From the NCBI GenBank assembly GCA_963811605.1, contig CAWESA010000010.1, positions 6,500 through 70,499 of the forward strand: a stretch of DNA of 64,000 nucleotides. Reading direction: 5' to 3'. Shown here one piece after another: positions 40,166 to 50,765 of this stretch. Numbering within the stretch: position 1 is the first letter of the stretch; each line of letters begins with the position of its first letter. The notes below the pieces were generated by a model that was not told the origin of the DNA, did not search any database, and was given only the letters and a program-made list of their open reading frames with translations. The position numbers were made by a program, and so were the translations under genes. This DNA comes from an uncultured delta proteobacterium. Its GTDB lineage: Bacteria > Desulfobacterota > Binatia > DP-6.

Positions 40166-41224
40166 ATGGACTTCGGCATCGCCCTCGCTCCCGGCGCCGA
40201 CGCGTGGAAGACCGTCCAGCGCGCCGAGGCGCTCGGCTTCTCGCACGCCTGGCTGTACGACACCCAGCTTCTCTGCGCCGACGTGTTCGTCGCCATGGCG
40301 GTCGCCGCCGCCAACACGCGGCGCATCACCATCGGTCCCGGCGTGCTGGTGCCGTCGAACCGGATCGCGCCCGTGGCGGCGAACGGCCTGGCGTCGCTCA
40401 ACAAGCTGGCGCCGGGGCGGATCGCGCTCGGCATCGGCACCGGCTTCACCGCGCGCCTCACCATGGGCCAGGGGCCGATGAAGCTGTCGGCGCTGCGCGA
40501 GTACCTCGGGGTGGTGCGCGGCATGCTGCGCGGCGAGACCGTCGAGTGGACCGACGAGCAGAAGACGCCCCACAAGGTGCGGTTCTTGAACCCGGAGGCG
40601 GGACTCATCGACATCGATGCGCCCATCCCGGTCCACCTGTCGGCCTTCGCGCCCAGGGCGCGCGCCCTGGCGGCGCGCGAGTGCGACGGCTGGATGAACT
40701 TCGTCACCGTCGTCCCGATGGCGCTCTACGAGCTCGAGGAGATGAAGGCGACGTGCGCCGCGGTGGGCCGCGCGCCCGAGACGCTCTACAAGACCGGCTT
40801 CACCCTCGGCTGCGTGCTGCGACCCGGCGAGGACGCCAACTCGCCGCGGGCGCGCGCGCAGGCCGGGCCGCTCGCCGTCGTCCTCTTCCACGGCGTCATC
40901 GAGGGCACCGTCAAGGGCGCCATCCTGCCGGCGGAGCTGCAGGCCGCCGTCGCCGAGTACCGCAAGCTCTACGAGACGTACCAGCCGCCCGACGCGCGCT
41001 ACCTGCAGCTCCACACCGGACACCTGCTCTTCGTCCGTCCCGAGGAGGAGCGCTTCCTCTCCGACGAGCTGATCCGCATGTCGACCTTCACCGCCGAGCG
41101 CGACGAGCTGGTCGATCGCGTCCGCATGCTGCGCGACGCCGGCTACCAGCAGCTCGCCGTGCAGCTCGTGCCGGGCCACGAGGACGCGATGGAGGACTGG
41201 ATGGAGGTCTTCAGCCGCGCATGA
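40166..41224 (+). CDS. Luciferase-like monooxygenase (LLM) family F420/flavin-dependent oxidoreductase
   Basis: N-terminus MDFGIALAPGADAWKTVQRAEALGFSHAWLYDTQLL, typical of LLM class F420-dependent enzymes. 352 aa TIM-barrel length. Confidence 0.85.
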   Translation: MDFGIALAPGADAWKTVQRAEALGFSHAWLYDTQLLCADVFVAMAVAAANTRRITIGPGVLVPSNRIAPVAANGLASLNKLAPGRIALGIGTGFTARLTMGQGPMKLSALREYLGVVRGMLRGETVEWTDEQKTPHKVRFLNPEAGLIDIDAPIPVHLSAFAPRARALAARECDGWMNFVTVVPMALYELEEMKATCAAVGRAPETLYKTGFTLGCVLRPGEDANSPRARAQAGPLAVVLFHGVIEGTVKGAILPAELQAAVAEYRKLYETYQPPDARYLQLHTGHLLFVRPEEERFLSDELIRMSTFTAERDELVDRVRMLRDAGYQQLAVQLVPGHEDAMEDWMEVFSRA

Positions 41225-41886
41225 GCGCCCCCGGGACGCTCGACGTCGCCACCATCGGCGAGGACGTGCCGCTGCTGGAGGGCATCCGGACCACGCGCGC
41301 GCTCCGCCGCCTGCGTCCCGATCCGGTCCCCGCGGCGCTCATCCGCAAGGTGTGCGAGGCGGGCACCTTCGCCCCCAGCGGCGGCAATCGCCAGCCGTGG
41401 CTCTTCGTCGCGGTGACCGACCCGGCGCGCCGCCAGTGGGTGGCGGATCGCTACCGGCCGGTGTTCCACCGCTACATCGCGCCCGCCGTCGAGGCGGCGA
41501 AGGACCCGGCCTATCCCGAGGCGCAGCGGCGGAACATGCGCTCGGCCATCTGGCTCGCCGATCACCTCCACGAGGTGCCCGTCCACCTGTTCGTCGCCGG
41601 CTGGACGCGGCGCGGCGCGCCGCAGCTCCAGGCGCTCTTCCCCGCCGTGCAGAACGTGCTCCTCGCGTGCCGCGCCGTCGGCCTCGGCGCGTCGCTCACC
41701 CAGCTCCACCTCGCCGCCGGACGGGAGATCGACACCTGGCTCGGTCTGCCCGACGGCTGTCCCACCTGCGCGCTGCTCCCGATCGGCTGGCCGCGCGGAC
41801 GCTACGCGCGCCCCCAGCGCCGCTCGGTGGACGGCTGCCTGTTCTGGGATCGCTACGATCCGCCGCCGCACGGATCGCGCGGCTGA
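41221..41886 (+). CDS. Nitroreductase family protein
   Basis: ...IRTTRALRRLRPDPVPAALIRKVCEAGTFAPSGGNRQPWLFVAV... ATG overlaps the LLM stop (ATGA). Confidence 0.85.
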   Translation: MSAPGTLDVATIGEDVPLLEGIRTTRALRRLRPDPVPAALIRKVCEAGTFAPSGGNRQPWLFVAVTDPARRQWVADRYRPVFHRYIAPAVEAAKDPAYPEAQRRNMRSAIWLADHLHEVPVHLFVAGWTRRGAPQLQALFPAVQNVLLACRAVGLGASLTQLHLAAGREIDTWLGLPDGCPTCALLPIGWPRGRYARPQRRSVDGCLFWDRYDPPPHGSRG

Positions 41887-42240
41887 GCGAGGAATCCACA
41901 CTCCGCCGACGTCGACCACTTCATCCCGTGGGCCCGGCATCCCGACGACGCCCTCTCGAATCTCGTTGTTGCGCATCGGCGCTGCAACGGCTGGAAGGGC
42001 GCCTTCCTCGCGTCCCACGAGCACGTCGCTCGCTGGAGGGCACGCACCATCGGAGGGTCGAAATTCGCCGCCAGCCTCACCGACATCGCCGAGCGGGCGC
42101 GGTGGGCGTATCGCCCCGACCAGACCCTCGGCGTGGCGCGCGCCGTCTACCTTCACCTCCCGAACGACGCGCGTCTCTGGGTGCGCTCCGCCGAGTTTGC
42201 ACCAGTCGATCGCCGTGCGCTGCTCGAGGCGCTCGCCTGA
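41887..42240 (+). pseudogene. C-terminal fragment of an HNH endonuclease (no start codon, lacks the upstream CxxC)
   Basis: The frame opens directly after the nitroreductase TGA: ...SADVDHFIPWARHPDDALSNLVVAHRRCNGWKG... (HNH motif) ...EALA*. Confidence 0.5.
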
Positions 42241-42248
42241 GTGCAGTT

Positions 42249-43034
42249 CTAGCCCTTGTCGAGGTTCGACACGCTGAACACGCCCTCCGCCACGCCCTGG
42301 TCGTACTTCACGTTGCGCAGGGTGAAGAGCGTGCGCGTGCTCGCGGGCAGGTTCGCCACCTCGGCCTCCATCGCGGTCTGGTAGTTGCCGATCTTCTCGT
42401 AGCGGGTCGGCGAGACGCGCTTCAGCACCGTGTCGCCCTCGTAGACGTCGACGCGCCAGAGCAGCAGGTCGTCGACGCCGAACCAGAGGCGGTACTTGTC
42501 GTACGGAAACTCCTCGTTCTTCGGCACCAGCTCCACCACGTGCGCCGGCTTGCCGTCGACCGTCTCCTCGCCGACCAGCGTGGCGGTGGCCTCGTCGTCG
42601 TTCCACTGCTGGATGCGGACGAGGAGCTCCAGGTCGCGATAGCTCAGGTCGGTGCCGAAGAAGTTCTCGTCGCGCTGCGCGTCGCCCAGGCGCCGCGTGC
42701 GCCGCGTGCCCGGCGCCCACAGCCACTGCTGGTCCTTCTCGCCGCGCGGCGAGAGGTGCAGGAAGCGCGTGTTCTGCACGTCGGCGGGCGACGTGAAGCG
42801 GAGGAACGTGCGGTGCTCGCCGCGCGGATCGGTCTGCTCGGTGATGTCGAGCTCGCGCGTGCGGACGAGGTTGTCGTGGTCGTAGGTCTCCATCTTGGAC
42901 GATGCCGAGCGGTCCTTCCAGGTGGAGAAGCCGTTCTTCTGCTGCGCGCTGTCGATGACCTCGCGCCCGGTGAGCGCGGCGGCGGGCGCGGCCAGCGCGA
43001 GGACGGCCGCCAGAGGGAGGACGATGCGGATCAC
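42249..43034 (-). CDS. LolA-like outer-membrane lipoprotein-sorting/carrier-fold protein
   Basis: Signal peptide ([22 protein letters not shown]), ~260 aa, composition typical of the LolA-like family often found beside MMPL/FtsX transporters. The GTG start overlaps the upstream stop (GTGA). Confidence 0.65.
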   Translation of the reverse strand: MIRIVLPLAAVLALAAPAAALTGREVIDSAQQKNGFSTWKDRSASSKMETYDHDNLVRTRELDITEQTDPRGEHRTFLRFTSPADVQNTRFLHLSPRGEKDQQWLWAPGTRRTRRLGDAQRDENFFGTDLSYRDLELLVRIQQWNDDEATATLVGEETVDGKPAHVVELVPKNEEFPYDKYRLWFGVDDLLLWRVDVYEGDTVLKRVSPTRYEKIGNYQTAMEAEVANLPASTRTLFTLRNVKYDQGVAEGVFSVSNLDKG

Positions 43035-43457
43035 TGGTCGAACTCCTGGTAGTTGGTGACGCGCCACCCGTCGGGCTCCCGGCGCACCGTCACGAGCCAG
43101 CGCTTCTCGAAGGTGTCGGCGTCGGCGACCGCGATGCGGCCACGATAGACGTAGCTCACGGCGTGGTCCCCGTCGGGACGCTCCTCGAGCAGCGTGTAGT
43201 GGACGCTGGGCTTGCGGGTGGTCTCGTCGATGGCGACGCCGCGCACGAGCGCCATCTCGGACTCCACCTTCTGGCGCGCGACCCCGCTGGTGAGCGGCAG
43301 CGTCGACGGCAGGTCGATGTGCACGTAGTGCGCGTCGAGGAAGCGTTCGGCCGTCCCGCGAGGCGTGGCCGGGTCCGGCCTGCACCCTGCGAGACAGAGG
43401 ATCGCGATCAGGCCCCCGAGCAACGCGCGGAGACTCGCGGTGGGGGTAGTCGTCACC
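43031..43457 (-). CDS. Small lipoprotein (NTF2-like/DUF4878-like)
   Basis: [25 protein letters not shown] lipobox. ~141 aa. AAGG immediately 5' of the GTG start at 43457. Confidence 0.55.
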
Positions 43458-43496
43458 TTGTTCGGTCCGGGAGCGGTGTTATCATCGGCTGCCGTA

Positions 43497-44392
43497 TGCC
43501 CACAAGGACGGCGGAGGCCGCGGCGAACGCCGTCGACGCCTACGCCACGCACCTGCGTGTCGAACGACACGCCTCGCCCGAGACGCTGCGCGCCTATCTC
43601 GCCGACATCCGCCAGTTCCTCGAGACCACCGGGGAGCCGGCGCTCGCCGGCATCGGGCCGGACGCCGTGCGGCACTGGCTGCGCACGGTCGACGGCGTCC
43701 TCGAGCGCTCGTCGATCGCGCGCAAGCTCGCCGCGGTGCGCGGCTTCTTCCGCTTCTGCACGCGCACGCGACGCCTCACCCGCGATCCCACCGTGGGCAT
43801 CGCCACGCCGAAGGTGCGGCGCTCGCTGCCGACACACCTCACCCTCGACGACGTCGACCGCCTGCTCTCCGTCCCGCGCGGCGATTCGCTCCTCGGGCTG
43901 CGCGACCGCGCCATGCTCGAGCTGCTCTACTCGTCCGGCCTTCGTGTCTCCGAGCTGACGGGGCTCGACTGGGAGCGGCTCGACACGGAGAGCGGCGCCG
44001 TGCGCGTGCTCGGCAAGGGGCGCAAGGAGCGCGTCGTGCCGGTCGGACGCCCGGCGCTGCGGGCGCTGGCCAGCTACCGCGCCGCCTGCGCCGACGCGGG
44101 CGCCGTCGCCACCCGCGGCCCGGTGTTCCGCAACCGCGCCGGCGGCCGCCTCACCTCGCGCAGCGTCGCCCGCCTGATGGCGCGCTACGTCGCCGCCTCG
44201 GCCACGCCCGCGCGCGCCACCCCGCACGCACTCCGTCACACCTTCGCCACCCATCTCCTGGGTGCGGGCGCCGACCTGCGCGCCATCCAGGAGCTACTCG
44301 GCCACGCGAGCCTCTCCACGACGCAGCGCTACACGCACGTGGACCTCCGCCGCCTGATGGACGCCTATGACCGCGCGCACCCGCGAGCCTGA
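43497..44392 (+). CDS. xerC: Tyrosine recombinase XerC
   Basis: N-terminal core-binding domain ([23 protein letters not shown]) and catalytic domain with R...HxxR...Y ([15 protein letters not shown]...[16 protein letters not shown]). Conserved synteny with hslVU. Confidence 0.9.
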
Positions 44393-44942
44393 GCTGCACG
44401 GCACCACCATCCTCTCGGTGCGCCACCGCGGCCACGTCGTCGTGGGCGGCGACGGGCAGGTGACGCTCGGGCAGACCGTGCTGAAGGCCAACGCCCGCAA
44501 GGTCCGGCGCCTGTACCACGATCGCGTGCTGGCCGGCTTCGCGGGCGCGGGCGCCGACGCCTTGACGCTCTTCGAGCGCTTCGAGGCCAAGCTCCAGGCG
44601 GTGAACGGCAACTTGAAGCGCGCGGCGGTGGAGCTCTCGAAGGACTGGCGCACCGACCGCCTGCTGCGCCGCCTGGAGGCGCTCCTCGTGGTGGCGGATC
44701 GCGAGTCGTCGCTCATCGTCTCCGGCACCGGCGACGTGATCGAGCCCGAGGACGGCGTCTGCGCCATCGGCTCGGGCGGCAACTTCGCGCTCGCCGCGGC
44801 GCGCGCGCTGGTGCGGCACTCGTCGCTCGACGCGCGCGGCGTCGTCGAGGAGGCGCTCCGCATCGCCGCCGGCATCTGCGTCTACACCAACGACCACCTC
44901 GCCATCGAGGAGCTCGACGGCGAGGCGGCGCCCGCCGGCTGA
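44367..44942 (+). CDS. hslV: ATP-dependent protease subunit HslV
   Basis: [24 protein letters not shown]-terminal Thr-protease signature. The exact start within 44367-44400 is uncertain. Confidence 0.9.
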   Translation: MTARTREPELHGTTILSVRHRGHVVVGGDGQVTLGQTVLKANARKVRRLYHDRVLAGFAGAGADALTLFERFEAKLQAVNGNLKRAAVELSKDWRTDRLLRRLEALLVVADRESSLIVSGTGDVIEPEDGVCAIGSGGNFALAAARALVRHSSLDARGVVEEALRIAAGICVYTNDHLAIEELDGEAAPAG

Positions 44943-44948
44943 TCCGCC

Positions 44949-46280
<1,332 letters not shown>

Positions 46281-46388
46281 GGAGGGAGCGTCCCATGCAG
46301 TCGCCGCAGCGGGTGATCGACCGGACGCGCGCGCGTGAGTCTCCGCACACGCTTGCGTGCGCTGGTCTCGACTAGTAGATGCTAGCGC

Positions 46389-46613
46389 ATGTCCACCGCC
46401 CAGATTGCGGTTCGCCTCGACGGTCGCCTCAAGCGCGCGGTCGATGCGGCCTCCCGCCATCGCGGCGTGAGCCTGACCCGGTTCGTCCAGGATGCCCTGC
46501 TGGACAAGCTCGAGGAGATCGCCGACGCGGAGGACATCCAGCGGCTGCGGCGCGAGCCGACCCGTCCCCTGCGCCAGCTGATCCGCGACCTCGGGCTGGA
46601 TGGCGAAGTATAG
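46389..46613 (+). CDS. Type II antitoxin (RHH/ParD-RelB-like)
   Basis: 74 aa, MSTAQIAVRLDGRLKRAVDAASRHRGVSLTRFVQDAL... Overlaps the downstream toxin gene by 14 nt. Confidence 0.8.
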   Translation: MSTAQIAVRLDGRLKRAVDAASRHRGVSLTRFVQDALLDKLEEIADAEDIQRLRREPTRPLRQLIRDLGLDGEV

Positions 46614-46860
46614 GATCGACGTCTCGGCGACCGCCGAGCGTCAGATCCGCAGGCTGCCGCGCACCGACCAGGCCCGGATCCTGCGTGCCGTGGTCGCGCT
46701 CTCGACCGCGCCGCGGCCGCCCGGCTGCCGCACGCTCTCGGGCCACGACGACGTGTTCCGGATCCGCATCGGCCGCTATCGCGTGCTCTATGCGATCGAG
46801 GATCGGCGGCTGGTGATCCTCGTGCTCAAGGTGGGCGACCGGAAGGACGTGTACCGCTGA
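46600..46860 (+). CDS. RelE/ParE family type II toxin
   Basis: 86 aa, ...AERQIRRLPRTDQARILRAVVAL...FRIRIGRYRVLYAIEDRRLVILVLKVGDRKDVYR family signature. Confidence 0.85.
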   Translation: MAKYRIDVSATAERQIRRLPRTDQARILRAVVALSTAPRPPGCRTLSGHDDVFRIRIGRYRVLYAIEDRRLVILVLKVGDRKDVYR

Positions 46861-46945
46861 CGACCTTTTTTCTTGACGCCGTCGCGGCATCGGGCGCAAT
46901 GGGAGCGATACGGCACGCCCGTGGTGATCGACCAACCGGTCGGAG

Positions 46946-48199
46946 GTGACTCATGAGGCTCGCGGCGTAGCCATGGCGGGCAGGCGGGAGGTGGCCGTGG
47001 CGAGGAAGCAGGAGGTGGTCCCCGGGCTCGAGGTGCTGGCGCACACCCGGCCGCGCTGGCTGCGCGATCGGCGTGTCGGACTCCTGATGCACCAGGCGTC
47101 GGTCACGCGCCGCCTGGAGTCGGCGCGCGACGTGCTGCACCGGCTGTGCGGCGCGCGCTTGACGGCGCTCTTCGGACCGCAGCACGGCATCGCGGGCGAG
47201 CTGCAGGACAACATGATCGAGTCCGCCCATGCCGTCGACGGGCGGCTCGGCATCCCCGTGTTCAGCCTCTACTCGGAGACCCGCAGCCCGACGCCCGAGA
47301 TGCTCGACCATCTCGACACGCTGGTCGTCGACCTGCAGGACGTGGGAACGCGCGTCTACACCTTCGAGTGGACCACCGCGCTCGCGCTCGAAGCGTGCGC
47401 GCGCGCGGGCAAGTCGGTGGTCGTCCTCGACCGGCCGAATCCCCTCGGGGGTCTCGTGCTGGAGGGCAACGTCATCCACCCGGGCTACGAGTCGTTCGTC
47501 GGCCTCTATCCCGTGCCGATGCGACACGGTCTGACCCTGGGCGAGATGGCGCGCGTGGTGAACGAGCGGCTCCCCGCCCGCACCGGCGTGCCGCGCTGCG
47601 ACTTGACGGTGGTCCCGATGGACGGCTGGCGGCGCCGCATGCGGTTTGCCGACACCGGGCTGCCCTGGGTCCTGCCGTCGCCCAACATGCCGACGCCCGA
47701 GACGGCGGCGGTCTACCCGGGCCAGGTCCTGCTGGAAGGCACCAACGTGTCCGAGGGACGGGGCACGACGCGCCCGTTCGAGGTCTGGGGCGCGCCGTGG
47801 CTCGACGTCGTCGCCCTCCGGAGGCGGGTCGCGCGCCGGCGGCTGCCCGGCTTCGTGCTGCGGGATCACGACTTCCAGCCCACGTTCCACAAGTGGCAGG
47901 GCGAGGTCTGCCGTGGCTTCCAGATCCACGTCACCGACTCGGATCGCTATCGGCCCTACCTCACCACCATCGCCCTGCTCCAGGACATCGTCGCGCTGCA
48001 CGGCGATCGCTTCGCGTGGAAGCAGCCGCCCTACGAGTACGTCGCCGACCGCTTGCCCATCGACGTGCTGACCGGCGACCCCGCCGTGCGCGAGGCGATC
48101 GAATCCGGCGGCGACCTGCGTGCGCTGGCCGCGTCGTGGCGTCGCGAGATCCGCCGGTTCGAGCGCGAGATCGCCCCTCATCGTCTGTATCGGGCGTGA
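46946..48199 (+). CDS. DUF1343 family protein (YzbB/NamZ-like exo-N-acetylmuramidase family)
   Basis: ...VGLLMHQASV...LFGPQHGIAGELQDNM...TLVVDLQDVGTRVYTFEWT... conserved DUF1343 blocks. Confidence 0.85.
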   Translation: MTHEARGVAMAGRREVAVARKQEVVPGLEVLAHTRPRWLRDRRVGLLMHQASVTRRLESARDVLHRLCGARLTALFGPQHGIAGELQDNMIESAHAVDGRLGIPVFSLYSETRSPTPEMLDHLDTLVVDLQDVGTRVYTFEWTTALALEACARAGKSVVVLDRPNPLGGLVLEGNVIHPGYESFVGLYPVPMRHGLTLGEMARVVNERLPARTGVPRCDLTVVPMDGWRRRMRFADTGLPWVLPSPNMPTPETAAVYPGQVLLEGTNVSEGRGTTRPFEVWGAPWLDVVALRRRVARRRLPGFVLRDHDFQPTFHKWQGEVCRGFQIHVTDSDRYRPYLTTIALLQDIVALHGDRFAWKQPPYEYVADRLPIDVLTGDPAVREAIESGGDLRALAASWRREIRRFEREIAPHRLYRA

Positions 48200-48384
48200 C
48201 CGCGCCGGGCACGTGCGGCCATGCGGTGAGCCCTACGACTTTCGTAGGAGGGGTGCCGTGCAGGTCTGCGTCCCTCGTTTTTCGTTGACAGCCCCGCGCC
48301 GGAACGTGCTAGGCACTCATCTCATCCTCGATCGCCACGCGCCGCCGTGAAGGGCGCACGGCGGTCCGTACGGCAGGGGGAATC

Positions 48385-49539
48385 ATGCTAGGTAGAAGGG
48401 TGTCAGATCGCGCGGCTCGTGGTGTCGGTGGTGTCCGCGGCCTCGGCCAGGTCGCGACGGCGGCGCTGCTGGTCATCGCCCTGGCGACGCCGGCGCGCGC
48501 GCTGGTGTGCGGCGACGGCATCCTCGACGCGGGCGAGCAATGCGACACCGGCAGCCTGATCGGCACCGGCTGCTGCCTCGTCGGATGCCTCCTGGCCCCC
48601 CTCGGGCTCGAGTGCCGCCCGGCGCAAGGCGCGTGCGACCTGCCCGAGATGTGCGACGGCATCCTGCCCATCTGCCCGACCAACGTCTTCAAGGCCGCCG
48701 GGGTGTGCCGTCCCGCCAAGGGGCCGTGCGACGTGGCAGAGACGTGCAGCGGGGTCGGTCCCGCCTGCCCCGCCGACAGCCTGGCCCCGCCCAGCACCAC
48801 GTGCCGGCCGGCGGTCACCGCCTGCGACCAGCCCGAGCTGTGCACCGGCGTCTCCGTCGACTGCCCGGCCGACACCGGCGAGCCGGACGGGGACGGCGAC
48901 GGGACGTGCGACCGCGAGGACCTCTGCCCGCTGGTTGCCGATGCGAACCAGGCGGACGCGGACGGCGACGGCGTCGGCGACGCCTGCGATCCCTGCACCA
49001 ACGCCGACAACAACCAGATCGACGGACCGCGCCTCGGGCTCGCCAAGCTCTCCGCCCCGGCCGACGACGATCGCATCAAGCTGAAGGCGACGATGTCGAT
49101 CCCGCTCGAGCCCACCATCGATCCAGTCGCGAAGGGCATGCGCCTCGTGCTCACCGGCCCGTTCGGCCCGGTGTTCGACGCCATCATCCCGCCCGGCTCG
49201 TTCGACACCGACAGCCGTGCCGGCTGGAAGCAGGACGGGGACAACCGCTGGTGGTACAAGAACACCGGCGACGAGGTCGCCCGCGTCGCCGGCATCCGGC
49301 GGCTCACCCTGCGCCAGCGCAGCGCCGACTCGAACGACTTCCGCATCGTCATCGCCGGCCGTGGCGCCGACATGCGCGCGGCGGTGGGCCAGCCGACGCT
49401 CACGCTGTCGATCGTGGTCGATTCGCCGCTCGCCACCACGGGCCAGTGCGCCGAGGTCACCTTCGTCACCCAGGGCGACTCGAGCGATTGCCGCCTCCTG
49501 AACGGCGGCCGTCGGCTCGACTGCCGGCAGAAGCGTTGA
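48385..49539 (+). CDS. Secreted protein: myxo Cys-rich repeats + thrombospondin type-3-like Ca-binding repeats + conserved C-terminal '...ATTGQC...C' domain
   Basis: Signal peptide. CRPAQGACDLPEMCDGILPICP / CRPAKGPCDVAETCSGVGPACP / CRPAVTACDQPELCTGVSVDCP repeats. DGDGDGTCDREDLCPLVADANQADADGDGVGDACDPC. The C-terminal 150 aa aligns with the C-terminus of the 2475..4385 protein. Confidence 0.8.
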   Translation: MLGRRVSDRAARGVGGVRGLGQVATAALLVIALATPARALVCGDGILDAGEQCDTGSLIGTGCCLVGCLLAPLGLECRPAQGACDLPEMCDGILPICPTNVFKAAGVCRPAKGPCDVAETCSGVGPACPADSLAPPSTTCRPAVTACDQPELCTGVSVDCPADTGEPDGDGDGTCDREDLCPLVADANQADADGDGVGDACDPCTNADNNQIDGPRLGLAKLSAPADDDRIKLKATMSIPLEPTIDPVAKGMRLVLTGPFGPVFDAIIPPGSFDTDSRAGWKQDGDNRWWYKNTGDEVARVAGIRRLTLRQRSADSNDFRIVIAGRGADMRAAVGQPTLTLSIVVDSPLATTGQCAEVTFVTQGDSSDCRLLNGGRRLDCRQKR

Positions 49540-49579
49540 GGACGCGTCCCGACCCGATTCGAGCCCGAGGAGAACCAGA

Positions 49580-50758
49580 ATGAAGCTGTCGTCCCGTGCC
49601 GTGCTGAGCCTCGCCGCCCTGGCACTCGCCTCGCCCGCCGCCGCGCACCACCGGCAGACCGATCCGGTCGTCGTGCTGACGCTGTCGGGCGACACGCCCC
49701 TGCCCCGTCTCTCCGCACCGGGGAACAAGACGCTCGCCCTCGCCGTCCAGTTCGGCGCCGGCCGCCGCATCGTCTCGCTGTCGCCGTGGCGCGATCGCAA
49801 GAACCCGGCCCTCCAGACGGTCATCGCCGAGTCGGGCAATCACGACAATCCGTCCGTCTCGGTCTCGGGGCGCGCGTTCTCGTACGACTCCGGCAGCGAT
49901 CCCCTGGCCACCGGGCTGCCCGGCCGGCAGGTGATCGGCGTGCAGCGGGTGACGTCGTTCCCCGTCTCCAACGATCCCTCCGGCACCAGCGTCAACCCGT
50001 CCATCGACAGCACCGGCAACGTGATCGCGTTCGAGTCCACGGGCGACCTCGCCGGAATGGGCGTGCCCGGGGTGCGGCAGGTCTACGTCCGGGACCGTGA
50101 CGGGAGCGTCCGCCAGCTCAGCATGGGCCTCGGGACGAGCCAGCACCCGGTCGTGAGCGCGAAGCGTCGCGTCGTCCTGTTCGAGTCGAGCAGCGAGCCG
50201 ACCACCGGCGTCGACACCGGCGTCGCACAGATCTGGCTGGGCGACATCGAGCGCGGCGGCGCGCTGCCGATCACGGCCGGATTCGGCCCCAGCCGCAACC
50301 CCGCCATCAGCAACGACGGCCGCATCGTGGCCTTCGAGAGCACCGCCGACCTGGCCGGCACGCAGGCCGACACGGGGGTGCCGCAGGTCTTCATGTACGA
50401 CACGAAGAGCAGGACGTACGCTCGCATCACCAACCAGCCGGGCGGCTGCACGCTGCCGTCGTCGTTCAAGGTGCAGCGCGACTGGCGTGTCGCCTACGTG
50501 TGCAGCGGACAGCCGTACTTCACCATGCTGCGCGCGAACCAGCGCTACGTGGTGCCGGCGTCCGACGGCGTCACCCAGCGGGTGGTCACCGAGCTCGGCA
50601 TCCACTTCCTGGTCCTCAGCACGACGGCCGATCTCCTGGCCGGCAGCGGGACCACGCCCGGCAACCAGGTCTATCTCGTGAACCTCTTCAAGCGGCCGGC
50701 GGTTCCGGTCGCCGGCAGCATCATGTGGTTCCCGAGCCAGGGCCTGCCGCCGCTGTAG
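49580..50758 (+). CDS. Secreted TolB-like (PD40/WD40-like) beta-propeller repeat protein
   Basis: Signal peptide MKLSSRAVLSLAALALASPAAA. Repeated ..NPSIDSTGNVIAFES / HPVVSAKRRVVLFES / NPAISNDGRIVAFES PD40 motifs. Confidence 0.75.
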   Translation: MKLSSRAVLSLAALALASPAAAHHRQTDPVVVLTLSGDTPLPRLSAPGNKTLALAVQFGAGRRIVSLSPWRDRKNPALQTVIAESGNHDNPSVSVSGRAFSYDSGSDPLATGLPGRQVIGVQRVTSFPVSNDPSGTSVNPSIDSTGNVIAFESTGDLAGMGVPGVRQVYVRDRDGSVRQLSMGLGTSQHPVVSAKRRVVLFESSSEPTTGVDTGVAQIWLGDIERGGALPITAGFGPSRNPAISNDGRIVAFESTADLAGTQADTGVPQVFMYDTKSRTYARITNQPGGCTLPSSFKVQRDWRVAYVCSGQPYFTMLRANQRYVVPASDGVTQRVVTELGIHFLVLSTTADLLAGSGTTPGNQVYLVNLFKRPAVPVAGSIMWFPSQGLPPL

Positions 50759-50765
50759 CGCGCGC

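Noticed and set aside
46304-46384. 26-codon ORF with a strong GAGGAGGGAG SD downstream of hslU
   Set aside because: Too short and unconserved-looking to call. The SD-like string overlaps the hslU stop region. Could be an sORF but there is no support.
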